NCBI RefSeq assembly: GCF_006345805.1
Contig: NC_043002.1
Coordinates: forward strand, 33,294,001 to 33,358,000
DNA length: 64,000 bases
DNA from: Octopus sinensis
Lineage: Eukaryota
Direction: 5' to 3'
The stretch's first letter is position 1. Every line of letters begins with the position of its first letter. The notes under the pieces were generated by a model. It was not told the DNA's origin and did no database searches. It saw only the letters and a program-made list of their open reading frames with translations. Below, piece by piece: positions 50,785-64,000 of the stretch. Made by a program: the position numbers and the translations under genes.

Positions 50785-53282
50785 GAATTGGAAGAATTCT
50801 GGAGAGAAATATGGTCGGCGAACGAACCACCAAAAAAAAGGAGTATCAAAATAACAAACTCGGCATCTGAACAACTTTGGACCCCCATAACAACTGAAGA
50901 GGTCACCCAGGCACTGCAAAGACTAAGCAACTGGAAGGCACCTGGGCATGACAAGATCCCCAACTTCTGGTTGAAATATCTAACAGGAATGCACAAAAAG
51001 CTGGCTGAAAACTTTAACAACGTACTAGCAGAGCCAGAGACAATGCCTGAATGGCTCACGAAGGGGAAGACCATCTTAATTCCCAAATCAAATGAAACAG
51101 GAAAACCAGAAAACTACAGACCAATAACCTACCTCCCTACTATGTTCAAGGCATTTACTGCAGTGATATCACAAAGGCTGAACAAGCACCTGGACGAAAA
51201 TAAACTGTTCCCAGAAGAGCAGAAAGGATGCCGCAAAGGCTCACATGGCTGTAAAGATCAACTAATGATTAATAAAGCCATAACTGAAGACAGCCACAGA
51301 AAGAAGAAAGGCCTCAGTATGGCCTGGATTGACTACAAAAAGGCGTTTGATAGCATCCCCCACACATGGATCCTCGAAACACTAGCCATTAACAAAGTAG
51401 CACCAACAATCATAAAATTCATAGAGCACTGTATGAATAAATGGCAAACAGTCCTACACCTCCAAACAAAAGAGGGACTCATGAAAACCAAAGACATCCC
51501 CATTAGAAGAGGAATATTCCAGGGAGACACGCTCTCTCCACTCCTTTTCTGCTTGGCACTGTCACCTCTATCTGATATGCTAAATAGAACTGGATGCGGA
51601 TATAAATGTTACGGCAAAACGATCAGCCACCTTTTATATATGGATGACCTAAAACTATACGCTGCAAATGACAAACAGCTGGAAACACTATTAAAGACAG
51701 TTCATGGATTTACCAAAGAAATAGATATGAAATTTGGATTAGAAAAATGCGCCAAAGTAACCATGAAAAGAGGAAAACTAGTTAAGAGTAACAACATCAC
51801 ACTAGATAAAACCAATGAAATAAAAGAATTAGACCAAAGCCAAACTTACAAATACTTAGGAATCCATGAACTAGATAAGACACAACACACACAAATGAAA
51901 GAGAAAATAAAAAAAGAATATTATAGACGAGTTAGATCAATACTAAACACAGAGCTCAATGCTAAAAACAAGATAATAGGTATCAACACTTTAGCTGTCC
52001 CAGTTATAAGTTACAGCTACAATATCCTTAACTGGACACGAAATGAACTGACCAAAATAGATAGGAAAACAAGAAAAATAATGACAGGATCTAGGATGCA
52101 TCACCCAAAATCTGACATAGAAAGACTATATATACAACGTATAGAAGGTGGTAGAGGCCTTATACAGCTGGAAAACTACTATAAAATAACCACCATAGGA
52201 CTGCAAAAATATCTACTTCAGAAGGAAGGAAAACTGATCCAGATAGCGGCAAAACACGAGCAAAACAAAAAACTGTTCTCAGTATTTAAGGAAGCTGAAA
52301 AATACAAACAAGAAATCATACCACCTAATATACATGAAGAAGAAGAAGAAGATGAAGAAACAACAAAAGCTATAAAACAAATGAAATCCAAACTAAAAAT
52401 AGTACAGCAACGAACCATGATAAAACGATGGCAAGAAAAGCCCCTTCATGGTAAATACTGGACTAAACTAAACGCAAAAGAAATAGACAAAGAAAAATCC
52501 CAGCAATGGTTGAGAAGCTCAGGACTCAAAGCAGAAACAGAGGGATTTTTAATTGCAGCACAAGACCAAAGCCTCCCCACCAGAAATTACCAAAAGCATG
52601 TAATGAAAAGAAATATTACAAGTAACTGCAGAATATGTGGAGATGGACAAGAAACAATAAATCATATTATCTCTAGCTGCCCAGTCCTGGCTAAGAAGGA
52701 ATATATTCACAGACATGACAGAGTTTGAACCTACATACATTGGAAGCTATGCCAACATTATGGAATAAAAAGATGGTATAGGCACACACCAGAAAAGGTC
52801 ACAGAAAACGAGAAAGCAACCATACTCTGGGATATGCCGATACACACAGATAGAGAAATTAAGGCCAACAGACCAGATATAGTTGTCAGAGATCATGAAG
52901 AAAAAAAAATGCTTTCTAATTGATGTATCAATACCGGCTGATGACAACGTGTCTCTAAAAGAAATGGAGAAACTCTCAAAATACAAAGACCTGGAAATAG
53001 AGGTAACTAGAATGTGGAATCTGAAAACAGAAACAATTCCTATCATAGTAGGTGCATTAGGAATGATAAAAAAATATTCAGACAAATACATAACAAAAAC
53101 ACCAGGACTTACAAACACATATAACATACAGAAAATTGCACTACTAGGCACTGCACACATTCTACGCAGAACACTTTCCATACAATAACCATCAGAGCAT
53201 CACAACAAATCACAACACATACCCAAGGCACACAGAGCTGCGCTCGGTAGTGAAGTGAAAGCACGCTATAAAAATAAAACTA

Positions 53283-53286
<4 letters not shown>
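50785..53286 (+). mobile_element. R4/Dong-like non-LTR retrotransposon, 5'-truncated, copy B (different subfamily from A)
   Basis: 646-aa RT ORF (NYRPIT, IDYKKAFDS, IFQGDTLSPLLF, YMDDLKL, CRICG..ETINHIISSC) then RPDIVVRD, LIDVSIP, KLSKYKDL, LGTAHILRR; 3' UTR ends in (AAT)n. Confidence 0.95.
50788..53188 (+). pseudogene. ORF of copy B: one premature TGA (52726-52728) and one +1 shift in an A-run near 52905
   Basis: Manual translation continues TYIHWKLCQHYG...RPDIVVRDHEE in frame after the stop, then shifts into ORF 52883-53188. Confidence 0.9.

Positions 53287-53359
<73 letters not shown>
53287..53359. repeat. (AAT)n array shared by the 3' end of B and the 5' end of C
   Basis: Direct read. 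Confidence 0.95.
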
Positions 53360-54711
53360 GGTAGAGGATGTAAGATCTGCTCTCAGGAAGTCAAGCAAAT
53401 GGAAGTCTCCAGAAAAGGATGAAGTTCCTAACTTTCGGTTGAATGCCTTGCCAGAGAGCCACGAATTGCTAACAAAACTTTACAACAATGTTTTGCAACA
53501 ACCTAGTATGATTACTTCTGGGCTAGTTAATAGTGTAACATTCCTACTTCCAAAAAATGAAGAAACAAATGAACCAAAAAATTATAAACCCATAACCTGC
53601 TTAACAACAATGTATATAATACGAATATCTGTCTTGACTGAATATACCTACAGCTTTTTAATAGAACGTGATATATTCCGTAATGAGCAAAAAGGATGTG
53701 TCCTATGGCTGTAAAAATCAGCTACTCATCAACAAGATTGAAAGATTGTCACAAACGACATAAAAAAACTTGTCGATAGCCTGGATAGACCATAAAAAAG
53801 CTTTTGATAGTTTACCTCATAACTTGATTAAGAAATGTCGGTAAATGCATAAAATAGCACCTACTCAGCGAAACTTCTTGTCTATAAGTATGAGATTATG
53901 GAGAACTATATTGACTTTGAACAGTGACAATGAATCTCTCAATGCCGGAGATATAAGAATTTCATGTGGCATTTTCCAGTGTGACACTCTATCACCACTC
54001 ATCTTTTGTCTAGCCTTAATGCCCCTCTCGAAATTGCTCGATAATGTATAATACAGCTATAAAATGTTAGATAAAAATATAAATCCTCTCATTTATATGG
54101 AGGATTTTAAGCTTTTTGCAAAAAATGACCAACAACTACGGGGATTACTAGTGATTGTTAAATATTTCAGTGATGACATCAGGATGCAATTTGGCTTCGA
54201 TAAATGTGCAAAAGCTACCTTAATCAAAGGAAAAATAACAGATACATTCAATGTTAATCTTGACCAGCAAAATGTCATAAACGAGTTAGAACCAGCAAAG
54301 AGCTACAAATACCTACGGGTATTTGAAGGGGACGGAATCAAACATTCAGTGGTGCGGGAAAGGATCAGGAGAGAATGTTATCGCGGGCTAAGGGCAATAC
54401 TCAAGACAGAGCTGGAGGCAAGAAACAGGATCGAAGCTATCAATACTTTAGCCATATCGGTCGTGACTTACAATTTCAATATCATTAACTGGTCAATTAC
54501 TGAAATATGTGATCTTGACAGAAAAATACGAAAATTGTTGACAATGCATAGAATGCACCACCTTAATGCAGATATAGAACGACTTTACCTACCAAGAAAA
54601 GAGGGTGGCCGTGAACTTTTACAAACAAAATTAACAATGAAGATTGCCACAATTGGCCTAGACACTCACCGGAAAACCTCTCAGGACTGGATATTAAAAC
54701 TTTTCTCAAAT
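53360..54711 (+). mobile_element. R4/Dong-like copy C body, A-subfamily, older and degraded
   Basis: VEDVRSALRKSSKWKSP, PESHELLTKLYN, LNSDNESLNAGDIRISCGIF, RIRRECYR and TIGLDT match copy A. Confidence 0.9.
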
Positions 54712-54714
54712 TGA

Positions 54715-54905
54715 AAGGAAATTGGAATAGAGTACCCAATAGAACTGTTACAAAAGGTTTGCCTCCTTGGCACGGCCAGAATAATCAGGAAAGTAGTAGA
54801 TAGCTGAAAAGAACGGGTAGCATCGCACCGTAGGCTGCAGATAGCTTGCTACCTGCTAAGCATGTATATCTCTAGGAGCTCCAACAAAACCTGTGATAAT
54901 GAGAA
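54715..54905 (+). mobile_element. 3' end of a third R4/Dong-like subfamily fused to copy C
   Basis: KEIGIEYPIELLQKVCLLGTARIIRKVVDS* (stop 54805-54807) plus a 3' UTR unlike A or B, then AAT repeats. Confidence 0.75.
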
Positions 54906-55059
54906 ATAATAATAATATTGACAATAATGATAATAATTGTTTCACACATTGGCACAAGACCAGCAATTTTAAGGTGAAGGGTTAGTTGATTATATCGACT
55001 CTATGTTTTTTTATGATGATGCTTCTGCTGCGCTCACAGACATTCAGAGAGGCACTCAC

Positions 55060-55350
55060 ATACACGCACAAACTGCTTGCCTACAAGCGTGTTACCTCCA
55101 TTCTCATCTGTTTTCTACAGGAGCCATAGAGTCACCTGTTCTTCCGCGTTGACTAGGCTTACACCACCTTCACTCAGGTACATCCGACCGACACGTCTCC
55201 CTTACACTGATCACTCATCGTATCCAATAGCCTCCACTCAACACTAACCGCTACACCCAATCCTTCATTTCCAGAATGTCGGCCTTTTGGAATTCCCGCA
55301 ATGCTCATGTCTTTCCGGTTGGAGTCGAATTATAACGACGGAACACCAAT
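55060..55350 (+). pseudogene. Decayed CR1-group LINE ORF2 C-terminus
   Basis: NTNRYTQSFISRMSAFWNSRNAHVFP resembles RTN.Y..SFFPRT..LWNSLP..VFP. Confidence 0.5.
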
Positions 55351-57001
55351 AGCGTCAGTCTCACTAGTGTTGGAGGGCTTATGAAGGCCATAGGCAGAGA
55401 TCCTTCTTTCAGACCCAGCAAGAATAAACAACCATTATTCATTTTCTCTTTTTCTCTGCCCTTCGATCTTCTCTGGGTAGAAATAACCCAAATGGCTCTT
55501 ACTTTCACAGGTCCGAGAGCTACCTTTCTGTCTTTAAACATCTACATTATTGCATTGCTGTCTGTAACTAAGACAGACTACAACTTTGAGATTGTTCTAT
55601 GATCTATGAGCGTTGTCATAACATGAATATTCATACAAAACGCACCTGATCACCTCATTCCAGCTTATTTCGGCGCTCACCAACTGCTAACACGGTGCAG
55701 CAAAGGTGGAATTAAGCCAAGAAACTACGCCGCTACCTTTGTTCTCCTCCCTGACACACATGTTGCATCACGCTATGTATCGGCAGGCCAAATTTGGGTG
55801 CTATGAATGACGTACCAACTCTGTTTTCCCGATTTCTCTTCAGTTTGGACGACTAGGTGCACATTCCAATATGCCCTATATCGATCAGTAGAGAAAGTAT
55901 AGTTCCATATATCACTTGGAACGTAAATCGACTGATCTTTTGAGAGAAATCAAAAATCCCCTTGCTTTTTCGCGAAGCAGAGGTAAGCTACTTGTTTGGC
56001 TTCTTTTTAGATAATCACCCTGGCAAGGTGGTAATTATTTCAGTGACATAAAGCTGCTAAACATTTATCTCGTTAGCAGATGAAGTGTAGGTGTTTGCCA
56101 TGTAATTTTCTTTTTTTCTCTTTACTTGAATCTGTTGTTACATTCAGTGTTAATCTTTTAACAGTCGTTTCTTTTTTTCTCTAGAATGCGATGCTATAGA
56201 TAAATGATTGAAAACACGAAATGAAAATGTTAAAACTCTAGAAGCTGGAATACATTTTTACGTGTTCCAAACTCTTCGCTTTCTAAAATAGTTCAAAAAT
56301 AAAACTCTTCATTCAATGAACTTGGTAATAATCCAATTTCGTAGGAATGAACTAGAGAACGTCCAACAGAATTTAACAATAACATCAGCAACAATAACAA
56401 TAACAACAGTAGCAACAACAACAGCAACAACAATAACAACAACAGAAAAATAACATAAACAACAGCAGCAAAAGTAAAAATATTAATAATAATGATGATG
56501 ATGATAATTTGTTTCATGTTTCATCGTGAAGATTATCACCACCACCGCCTTCACCACCACCGCCACCGCTGTCGCCGCCATCGCTACAACTATCGACCCC
56601 CACCAGCAAACCACCACCACCGCCATTACATTCACCATCATTATCAGATGAGAAGAACATTACAATGGCAGTCAGCAATTTGTGGTGAGGGTCACATAAA
56701 ACCGAATAAAGAAAAAAATAAAGGGTTGGTGAGAGAAGAATTAAAAGGAATATATGATATACGAAATATGTGAATACATGGATGGGGGACAAAAATTTCC
56801 CTCCTCCCAACTTTTCTCTTTTCCGAGTAGAATTTGAAAATAGTCGATAAGGTCGAAGAGGAAAGTGTCCGTTCTGAATCCTTTCAGCCTCGTTCACTAC
56901 TCAATTTGTTTTGCTATAGCCGCTACAAAGAGGAAATCTGCATGTCCAGTCTTCCTAAAGGAAGGACGACGGAACGGTGACAAGATGACAACAATGAAGG
57001 A

Positions 57002-57378
57002 GCACTCCGTCGGTTACGACGATGAGGGTCCCAGCTGATACGATCAACGGAACAGCTTGCTCGTGGAATTAACGTGCAAGTGACTGAGCACTCCACAGAC
57101 ACGTGTACCCTTAACGTAGTTCTCGAGGAAATTCAGCGTGACACAGAGTGTGAGAAGGCTGGCCCTTTGAAATACAGGTACAACAGAAACAGGAAGAAAG
57201 AGTGAGAGAAAGTTGTGGTGAAAGAGTACAGCAGGGTTCACGACCAACCCCTGCAGGAGCCTCGTGAAGCTTTAGGTGTTTTCGCTCAATAAACACTCAC
57301 AATGCCCGGTCTGGGAATCGAAACCGCGATCCTACGACCGCGAGTCCGCTGCCCTAACCACTGGGCCATTGCGCCTCT
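57002..57378 (-). mobile_element. tRNA-derived SINE family E, full length
   Basis: Reverse complement of 63635-63990 with A-box TGGCCCAGTGG and B-box GGTTTCGATTCCC. Confidence 0.9.
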
Positions 57379-57439
57379 ACCTAGATGACGACAATAACGA
57401 CAGATACGATGATCATCATCAAGATAATGATGATGATAA

Positions 57440-57478
57440 TGATGGTGAATGCAATGGCGGCGGTGGTGGTGGTGGTGG

Positions 57479-57524
<46 letters not shown>

Positions 57525-57680
57525 GGTGGTGGTGGTTGTGGTTGTGGTTGCGGTGGTGGTGGTGATGGGGTCGGTATATGTGACGATGGCGGCGGCAGCG
57601 GTGATGGTGTTGGTGACGGTGGTGGTGGTGGTGATAGTGGTCATGATGATAAAGCTGGTGATAAAACTACTGATGATGAT
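57440..57680. repeat. GGT/GTT/GAT trinucleotide mosaic
   Basis: Direct read. Confidence 0.9.
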
Positions 57681-57873
57681 GCTGGAGGGGAGGAGGTGGA
57701 GGAAGGGAAAGATGAAGTGGAATAAGAAGAGGAAGTGGAGAAAGAAGAGGTGAAAAATAAAGAAGAAGAGAAGGATGCTAAAAACTCCCTGGTCCTTCGT
57801 AACACAAGTGGATATTTGAAATGAAAATGGCCGCCGGCCGAAAAGAGAGATGGAGAAAAACATAGACAGAGAA

Positions 57874-57925
<52 letters not shown>

Positions 57926-58402
57926 AAAGAGAGAGAGAGAAAAAAGAATGAGGAGTAGAGTGGGAGAAATGAAGTTGAGTATTCCGTTTAATGAATGTTA
58001 TAACAGATATCAAAGAATTTCTAATATGATGCTGGGATGTGAATACTTCATCCAATCATTTCACTCGTAAGAAGACTGCAATGGTAGACGACAGACGTTT
58101 AATTTTCCTATAAACTATTGATAATTCATTGCAGAGATTCGATCAGTAGACTGAGGGGCAAAAAAAACAAAAAAAAAACAAACAAAACAGATAAACAATA
58201 AAATTTAAATTAAAAAGATGAGCAGTAAAAGCGGTTTGTTCATTCAGCAATTTGCTTGTTTGTTTTAGACATCAAACGACCTTGTACTCTCCCTTACGCC
58301 TTGGGCCCTTGCGGTTAATTAAAGAAATCACTAATATTATGATTGTTGTTATTATTCTTACTATGGTTGTTGGTATCTATATATTCTATATCTTTCAAAA
58401 CG

Positions 58403-58404
<2 letters not shown>

Positions 58405-58459
<55 letters not shown>

Positions 58460-58460
58460 A

Positions 58461-58493
<33 letters not shown>

Positions 58494-58494
58494 G

Positions 58495-58539
<45 letters not shown>

Positions 58540-58589
58540 TATCTATCTATCTACTATCTATCTATCTATCTGTCTGTCTGTCTGTCTGC

Positions 58590-58671
<82 letters not shown>

Positions 58672-58692
58672 GTCTATCTATCTATCTATCTG

Positions 58693-58731
<39 letters not shown>

Positions 58732-58790
58732 GTATGTCTGTCTGTCTGTCTGTCTGTCTATCTTTCTATTTATTTATCTATCTATCTATC
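58405..58790. repeat. (CTAT)n/(CTGT)n array
   Basis: Direct read. Confidence 0.95.
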
Positions 58791-59046
58791 GGTCTATATA
58801 TGCATATATATATTTATATACATATACTCACAACAACATATACCTACACACACACACTCACACACATACAAACACACTCACACACACGTACAAACACATA
58901 CACAGACACAAACACATACACATATTCATGCATATGTGCGTGTGTGCATGCGCGCGTGTCCGTTATACTGTTGTGTGACCGCTTGTGATGTGGTATTTTA
59001 TTCTCACTGACTGTGCTGTTGTGCATTTGTTGCCTTTTGTTTCAAT

Positions 59047-59072
59047 AATTTTATTATTATTATTATTATTAC

Positions 59073-59157
<85 letters not shown>

Positions 59158-59339
59158 ATTATTATTATTATATTATTATTAGTAGTAGTAGTAGTAGTAT
59201 CCTCCTCCTCCTCCTCATCATCATCATAAGAATCCCGATCATCATGAGCATCATCAATGTCATTGGAAGAACTATGCTGGGATTTGGAATACTTAAAAAT
59301 TTGTACATACATACATATATATACATATATATACACAAC

Positions 59340-59370
<31 letters not shown>

Positions 59371-59394
59371 AACATATATGTATAAATATATATA

Positions 59395-59440
<46 letters not shown>

Positions 59441-59680
59441 ATATATGTTATATATGAATATGTATATATGTATATATTTATGCATGTATACATGTCTATA
59501 TATACAAACGTATATAATATATGCGTATATAAACACATAAATGTTTATGCGTATATACATTTATACATATATTTATATATATGTATGCATATGCATTAGA
59601 TATCTATGAATGTATATATATATATATGTTTGTGTGTGTGTTTGAGTATGTGTCTATGTTTTTGTGCGTGTGTGTGTGTG
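59047..59680. repeat. ATT/GTT/AGT trinucleotides followed by TA-rich low complexity
   Basis: Direct read. Confidence 0.9.
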
Positions 59681-59987
59681 TATGAACTGACGAGGACAAA
59701 AAACAGAGAAGTACAGGATTATGTTGTTGCCTTACAACAACAAACAACAACTAAAACAAAAAAAAAAAACAATATAGGATAAAAAAAAAATATCAGTGTG
59801 TGGTAGAGGAAATCAGCAAAGGAAACATATCTCGTAGTTATATAATCACGTATAAGTAACAAAAATTTAGGTATCTTCAAGTAAGGAGAACTAACGCTAT
59901 ATATAGTCTCTTTCATGTTGGATTACTGAACGAAAGAGAAAAAAAAACCTATTTAGACATACCAAGAAATACGACCAATAATGAAAA

Positions 59988-60043
<56 letters not shown>

Positions 60044-60453
60044 GCAACAACCACAAAATGGATATGCTGAGCTTTGTTTTATTTTTTTTTTTTGAAATTA
60101 TTTTTCCTTTTAACCACATAAAACCAATTAGAGATGGGAGCCAGCGAAAAAAAAGTGTTCGATAGGAAAAGTAGTATGAAGTAATAGTAGAGGAATAATC
60201 AATATATAAACTCTATTAGATTGGTTCTAGCAAGCGCTAACTCGGTGTTAACCTTTATACGCATACACATACGCAACTGCACATACATATACGTATACAT
60301 ACATATATATGCATACGTTCACAAGCATATATATATTATAAGATATATATGTATGTGTGTGTGTGTGTGTGTGTGTGAGTGTGTGTTTGTGTATGTACGT
60401 ACATACATACATACATACATACATACATACATACATACATGTATACATATATA

Positions 60454-60538
<85 letters not shown>

Positions 60539-63500
60539 GTATGTATGTATGTAAGTATGTAAGTATGTATGTATGCATGTATACTCGCATATAGACAGAT
60601 ACGCACGCACGAAGGCAAGATATTCGTGTGTTTTTTTAATTTTTTAATTGTATTTTTTTCTGTTATCTTACCTGCTTTTAATTACAATGAAATTGATTTC
60701 GATTTTTGTATATATTTTCAAAGATCATTGTAGAATGTTTACGCTAACACGGTTGTCTGCATTAACTCGCGAGATCTCTCTCCCTCACCAGTAGTCTTGG
60801 CGTCGTTGATATTGTCATTGCTGACGTTTTGAAGTTTACTATACTGTAAAATATCTTCGAGAATTAAGACCGAAAAGCCTGGTAACTCCACGAGAGGAAT
60901 CATGCCTGAATTAACAGAATTTGCATTTCCGCTATCTCAATTTCTTCTTTGTTGTCTCTATTTTCTGCATGACGATCTTAATTGGTCTTCCCTTCGGTTG
61001 TCTCCAGTTGAAGTGTATGCAAGACTAGTATATCCAATGTATTCACCGATTTGTAAGACGGTGTGTAGTGAACTTTGAAGTTAAATTGACTGCTAATTGA
61101 CTTCTTCACTCGCTTGTTTTATTCTATTTTATTCAGGTGTGATATAATAAGTGCTAATAACGGTTCCTAATTTTGGCATACTGCTAAATAATTCTAGAGA
61201 CGTATATTTGATGTAATCCATCTTAGTATGTATTTTAATGTTATTCATTCTGAAAATGGATCTAGGCAGGATTTGACTCGCGAATATAAATGGAACGTAT
61301 TTAAATAATGCATCGTATTTAGTGTAGCTCTCTGCTGCACATATTACTTCAACGACGACCTTAGTTATATAATATGAACTCAGTTATCCACTAAGATTCA
61401 GTGTATATTTGTCTGTCATAATTTGCTATGGGATGATAATTACTAACAAGAAAAACGAATATATATGCTTTTTAGACAAGTACTGTAATTTTCGCTAAAT
61501 ATTAAACAAGTATTTGCTATATTCATATGAAATATTCACAATATTCTCTTCATATCGCCCAAAATGCTTTCGATGTTTTGGGTAGCCTTTACTGATTTCT
61601 ATTTAGCCTTCAAGTAAGTAAAAAATATAATTAAATACTGTTCGATGCTGGTAAGATATCTAGCTATTAGTGAACTTTACTCTTGAAACATCATCACAAC
61701 AGAAAATCAGAGACAGACAGTCCTTGGTGTCTTGTCCTTCTGTCAGTTAAATGATTGTTCAATATTGCAGTTTTTATGTTGGTAAAATGATGCGGGATCT
61801 TCATCCTGCTGCAGTGTTTAAGTCACTGTCAGGCAATGTAAGATCAAGCCAGAATCTATATGTCAACATCTGGAAACAGCGATCAACATGGCACATGTCC
61901 TTAAAGCAGAAAGGTTCCAGTCACACTGCATTTGTAATTTGCAGTGTAAACACGCCATCAAAGACTAAACATACTTTTCGTTACTGTTATATCACCAGTG
62001 ACGATATACGATGAGTGTATGTGTGCAACAATATATCACAGTGCCAGATATAACTGTATAACAATAGGCAACCAAACAAGAGTTGGTTATCTTATTATAA
62101 CTGTTCGCACAATAACGCCCCAACACAGAATCAATAACGAGACTAACGCTCTCACTGTTTGACCTCAACTGTCTACTGGCCCATCTACTTATAAGACTCG
62201 TCCAGTCCACTGACAATCACGTGCGGGGGTGTCAATTCACTCCACAACAGTTACACATACATGGAGGATATCTGCAGCAAAAAACATGCACAGATGTCAA
62301 CTGATTACTCCATGAATCTCGCATCATATGACCAAATTATACGAGGATCCTTAAAAAAGATCACCGACATTTCGTTGCAAAATATAACTTGACGATCAAA
62401 TTTGTCTTCATTTAATCTATGCGTACGAGTCTGAGAATGAAGAGACTCCGTTTCAAGACTTTAAAATGCAGTGATGATGTCTAGCTGATTTTCAATTGAG
62501 GCGAACAATACTTAAGAGAAATCAGAGGATAGTGGTCATAATTTTGAGTGATAATCTGCGCCTTAACTTCTATCCTTATCAACACTGATAAATCTATCAT
62601 TGCTTGAGTCTGTACTCTCCCACATACAGTATAACTTCCGTAATCCTAGCTAGTTATTTCACCATTGAACTCTTTCTTCAATTGTCGCTGAAATGAAAGT
62701 GACGATTGAAGAAGATATTTCTACTGAAAAAACCGCATGTCTTCTATAGCGCTGTGACGTAACTGATTCATATATCTGAAGCAAAAATAGATGTATATAC
62801 TTTTCATTTATATTGTGTTATTATTTGAACGTAGATTTGGCTGTTAGCAATAATTGCTTTACAAAAATACCGTATAGCAAATTATGAAAGAAAAATCACA
62901 CACACACACATTCTTGGTCTCTTTCTCTCCCCCACTCACTCATAAGTATGTGTGTGTATGTATGTGTGTGTGGTGTGTGTGTGTGTTTATGTTAGATTTG
63001 TTAAGTGATAAATAACAACATTTATGAAATGAATATATACAGTGGTAGTAAAGTCAAATTTATTTTGTGTGTGCGCGTACATGTGCGTGTGCGTGTGTGT
63101 GTATATGTGCGTGTATGAAAACGTGCATGTGTGTGTATGTGTGTGTTTGAATGTATGAGTGTGCATATGTGTACATAAATGAACCCACGATGGCGGTCGT
63201 TTCATATTTTCTCTTAATTCTTTTACACTTTCTTTGAAACAGTAATATTTTTAGCTCCATCGACGTTTCAAGAGATTCCTGCTTTTATCGCCTGGGAACA
63301 CGCACACAAGCACACACACACACATACAAACATATGTGTGCGAGCGTACACATAGGTATTTATAAATAGATTATCTCAATTATCGTGTCTGTTCTGGAGA
63401 ATCCTTTGCTATTCTAAGAACATAAGTAAATATCTCGCCACCGAAATGATAGCATTATAAACACTAAATTGACACCAAAAACAAAAACAAAAAATGAATA

Positions 63501-63634
63501 AAACAACAAGACCCCAGAGGAAAATTCGAACCATACATCTTTTGCATTGAACTACACACTTATTGGTATAGTGATTGTTCTACAAATCACCTGCCACGAT
63601 TTCTTTTTAAATTAACGCTATAAACTACGTCTGT

Positions 63635-63990
63635 GGAGGCGCAATGGCCCAGTGGTTAGGGCAGCGGACTCGCGGTCATAGGATCGCGGTTTCGATTCCC
63701 AGACCGGGCGTTGTGAGTGTTTATTGAGCGAAAACACCTAAAGCTCCACGAGGCTCCGGCAGTGGATGGTGGTGATCCCTGCTGTACTCTTTCACCACAA
63801 CTTTCTCTTACTTCCTGTTTCTGTTGTACCTGTATTTTCAAAGGGCCGGCCTTGTCACTCTCTGTGTCACGCTGAATATCCCCGAGAACTACGTTAAGGG
63901 TGCACGTGTCTGTGGAGTGCTCAGCCACGAGCAGGCTGTTCCGTTGATTCGGATCAACCGGAACCCTCATCGTCGTAACCGACGGAGTGC
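63635..63990 (+). mobile_element. tRNA-derived SINE family E, full length
   Basis: GGAGGCGCAATGGCCCAGTGGTTAGGGCAGCGGACTCGCGG...GGTTTCGATTCCCAGACCG head; tail CGTCGTAACCGACGGAGTGC then (TTC)n. Confidence 0.9.
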
Positions 63991-64000
63991 TTCTTCTTCT

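Noticed and set aside
56831-56980. 49-codon open frame after a pyrimidine-rich acceptor (NLKIVDKVEEES...)
   Set aside because: No recognisable homology or convincing donor
63635-63710. tRNA gene (also 57300-57378)
   Set aside because: A and B boxes are present but no acceptor stem closes; it is a SINE head followed by a SINE body and tail

Overview
Repeat-dense, AT-rich animal DNA with no host gene I can support. The SINE families and the very high microsatellite load look like an octopod cephalopod genome (inference from recognised repeats, not a database result). Most ORF-track entries are translations of microsatellites. The real coding remnants are all transposon-derived: three 5'-truncated R4/Dong-like RT+RLE LINEs inside (AAT)n arrays (26720-29753 minus; 50785-53286 and 53360-54905 plus), a Tx1/L1-clade 3' part inside (CTAT)n, RTE- and CR1-like fragments, two mariner remnants, a Chapaev-like transposase N-terminus and several MITEs. 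About 19 tRNA-derived SINE copies from three families are present. Most interesting: (i) several unrelated hammerhead-ribozyme (HHR) folds of Penelope-like type, two of them in perfect inverted repeats (about 270-bp arms around 3 kb of TA/TG low-complexity DNA; 136-bp arms where only one arm keeps the catalytic core); (ii) a 350-bp GC-rich cassette with E-box, TATA-like box, Inr and two HHR-like motif pairs inside a (TTA)n array; (iii) a strictly 38-bp-periodic array of a 20-bp CTCF-like core with variable 18-bp spacers; (iv) partitioning of retroelement families among microsatellite types, a chimeric LINE and a SINE carrying the Tx1 3' tail.
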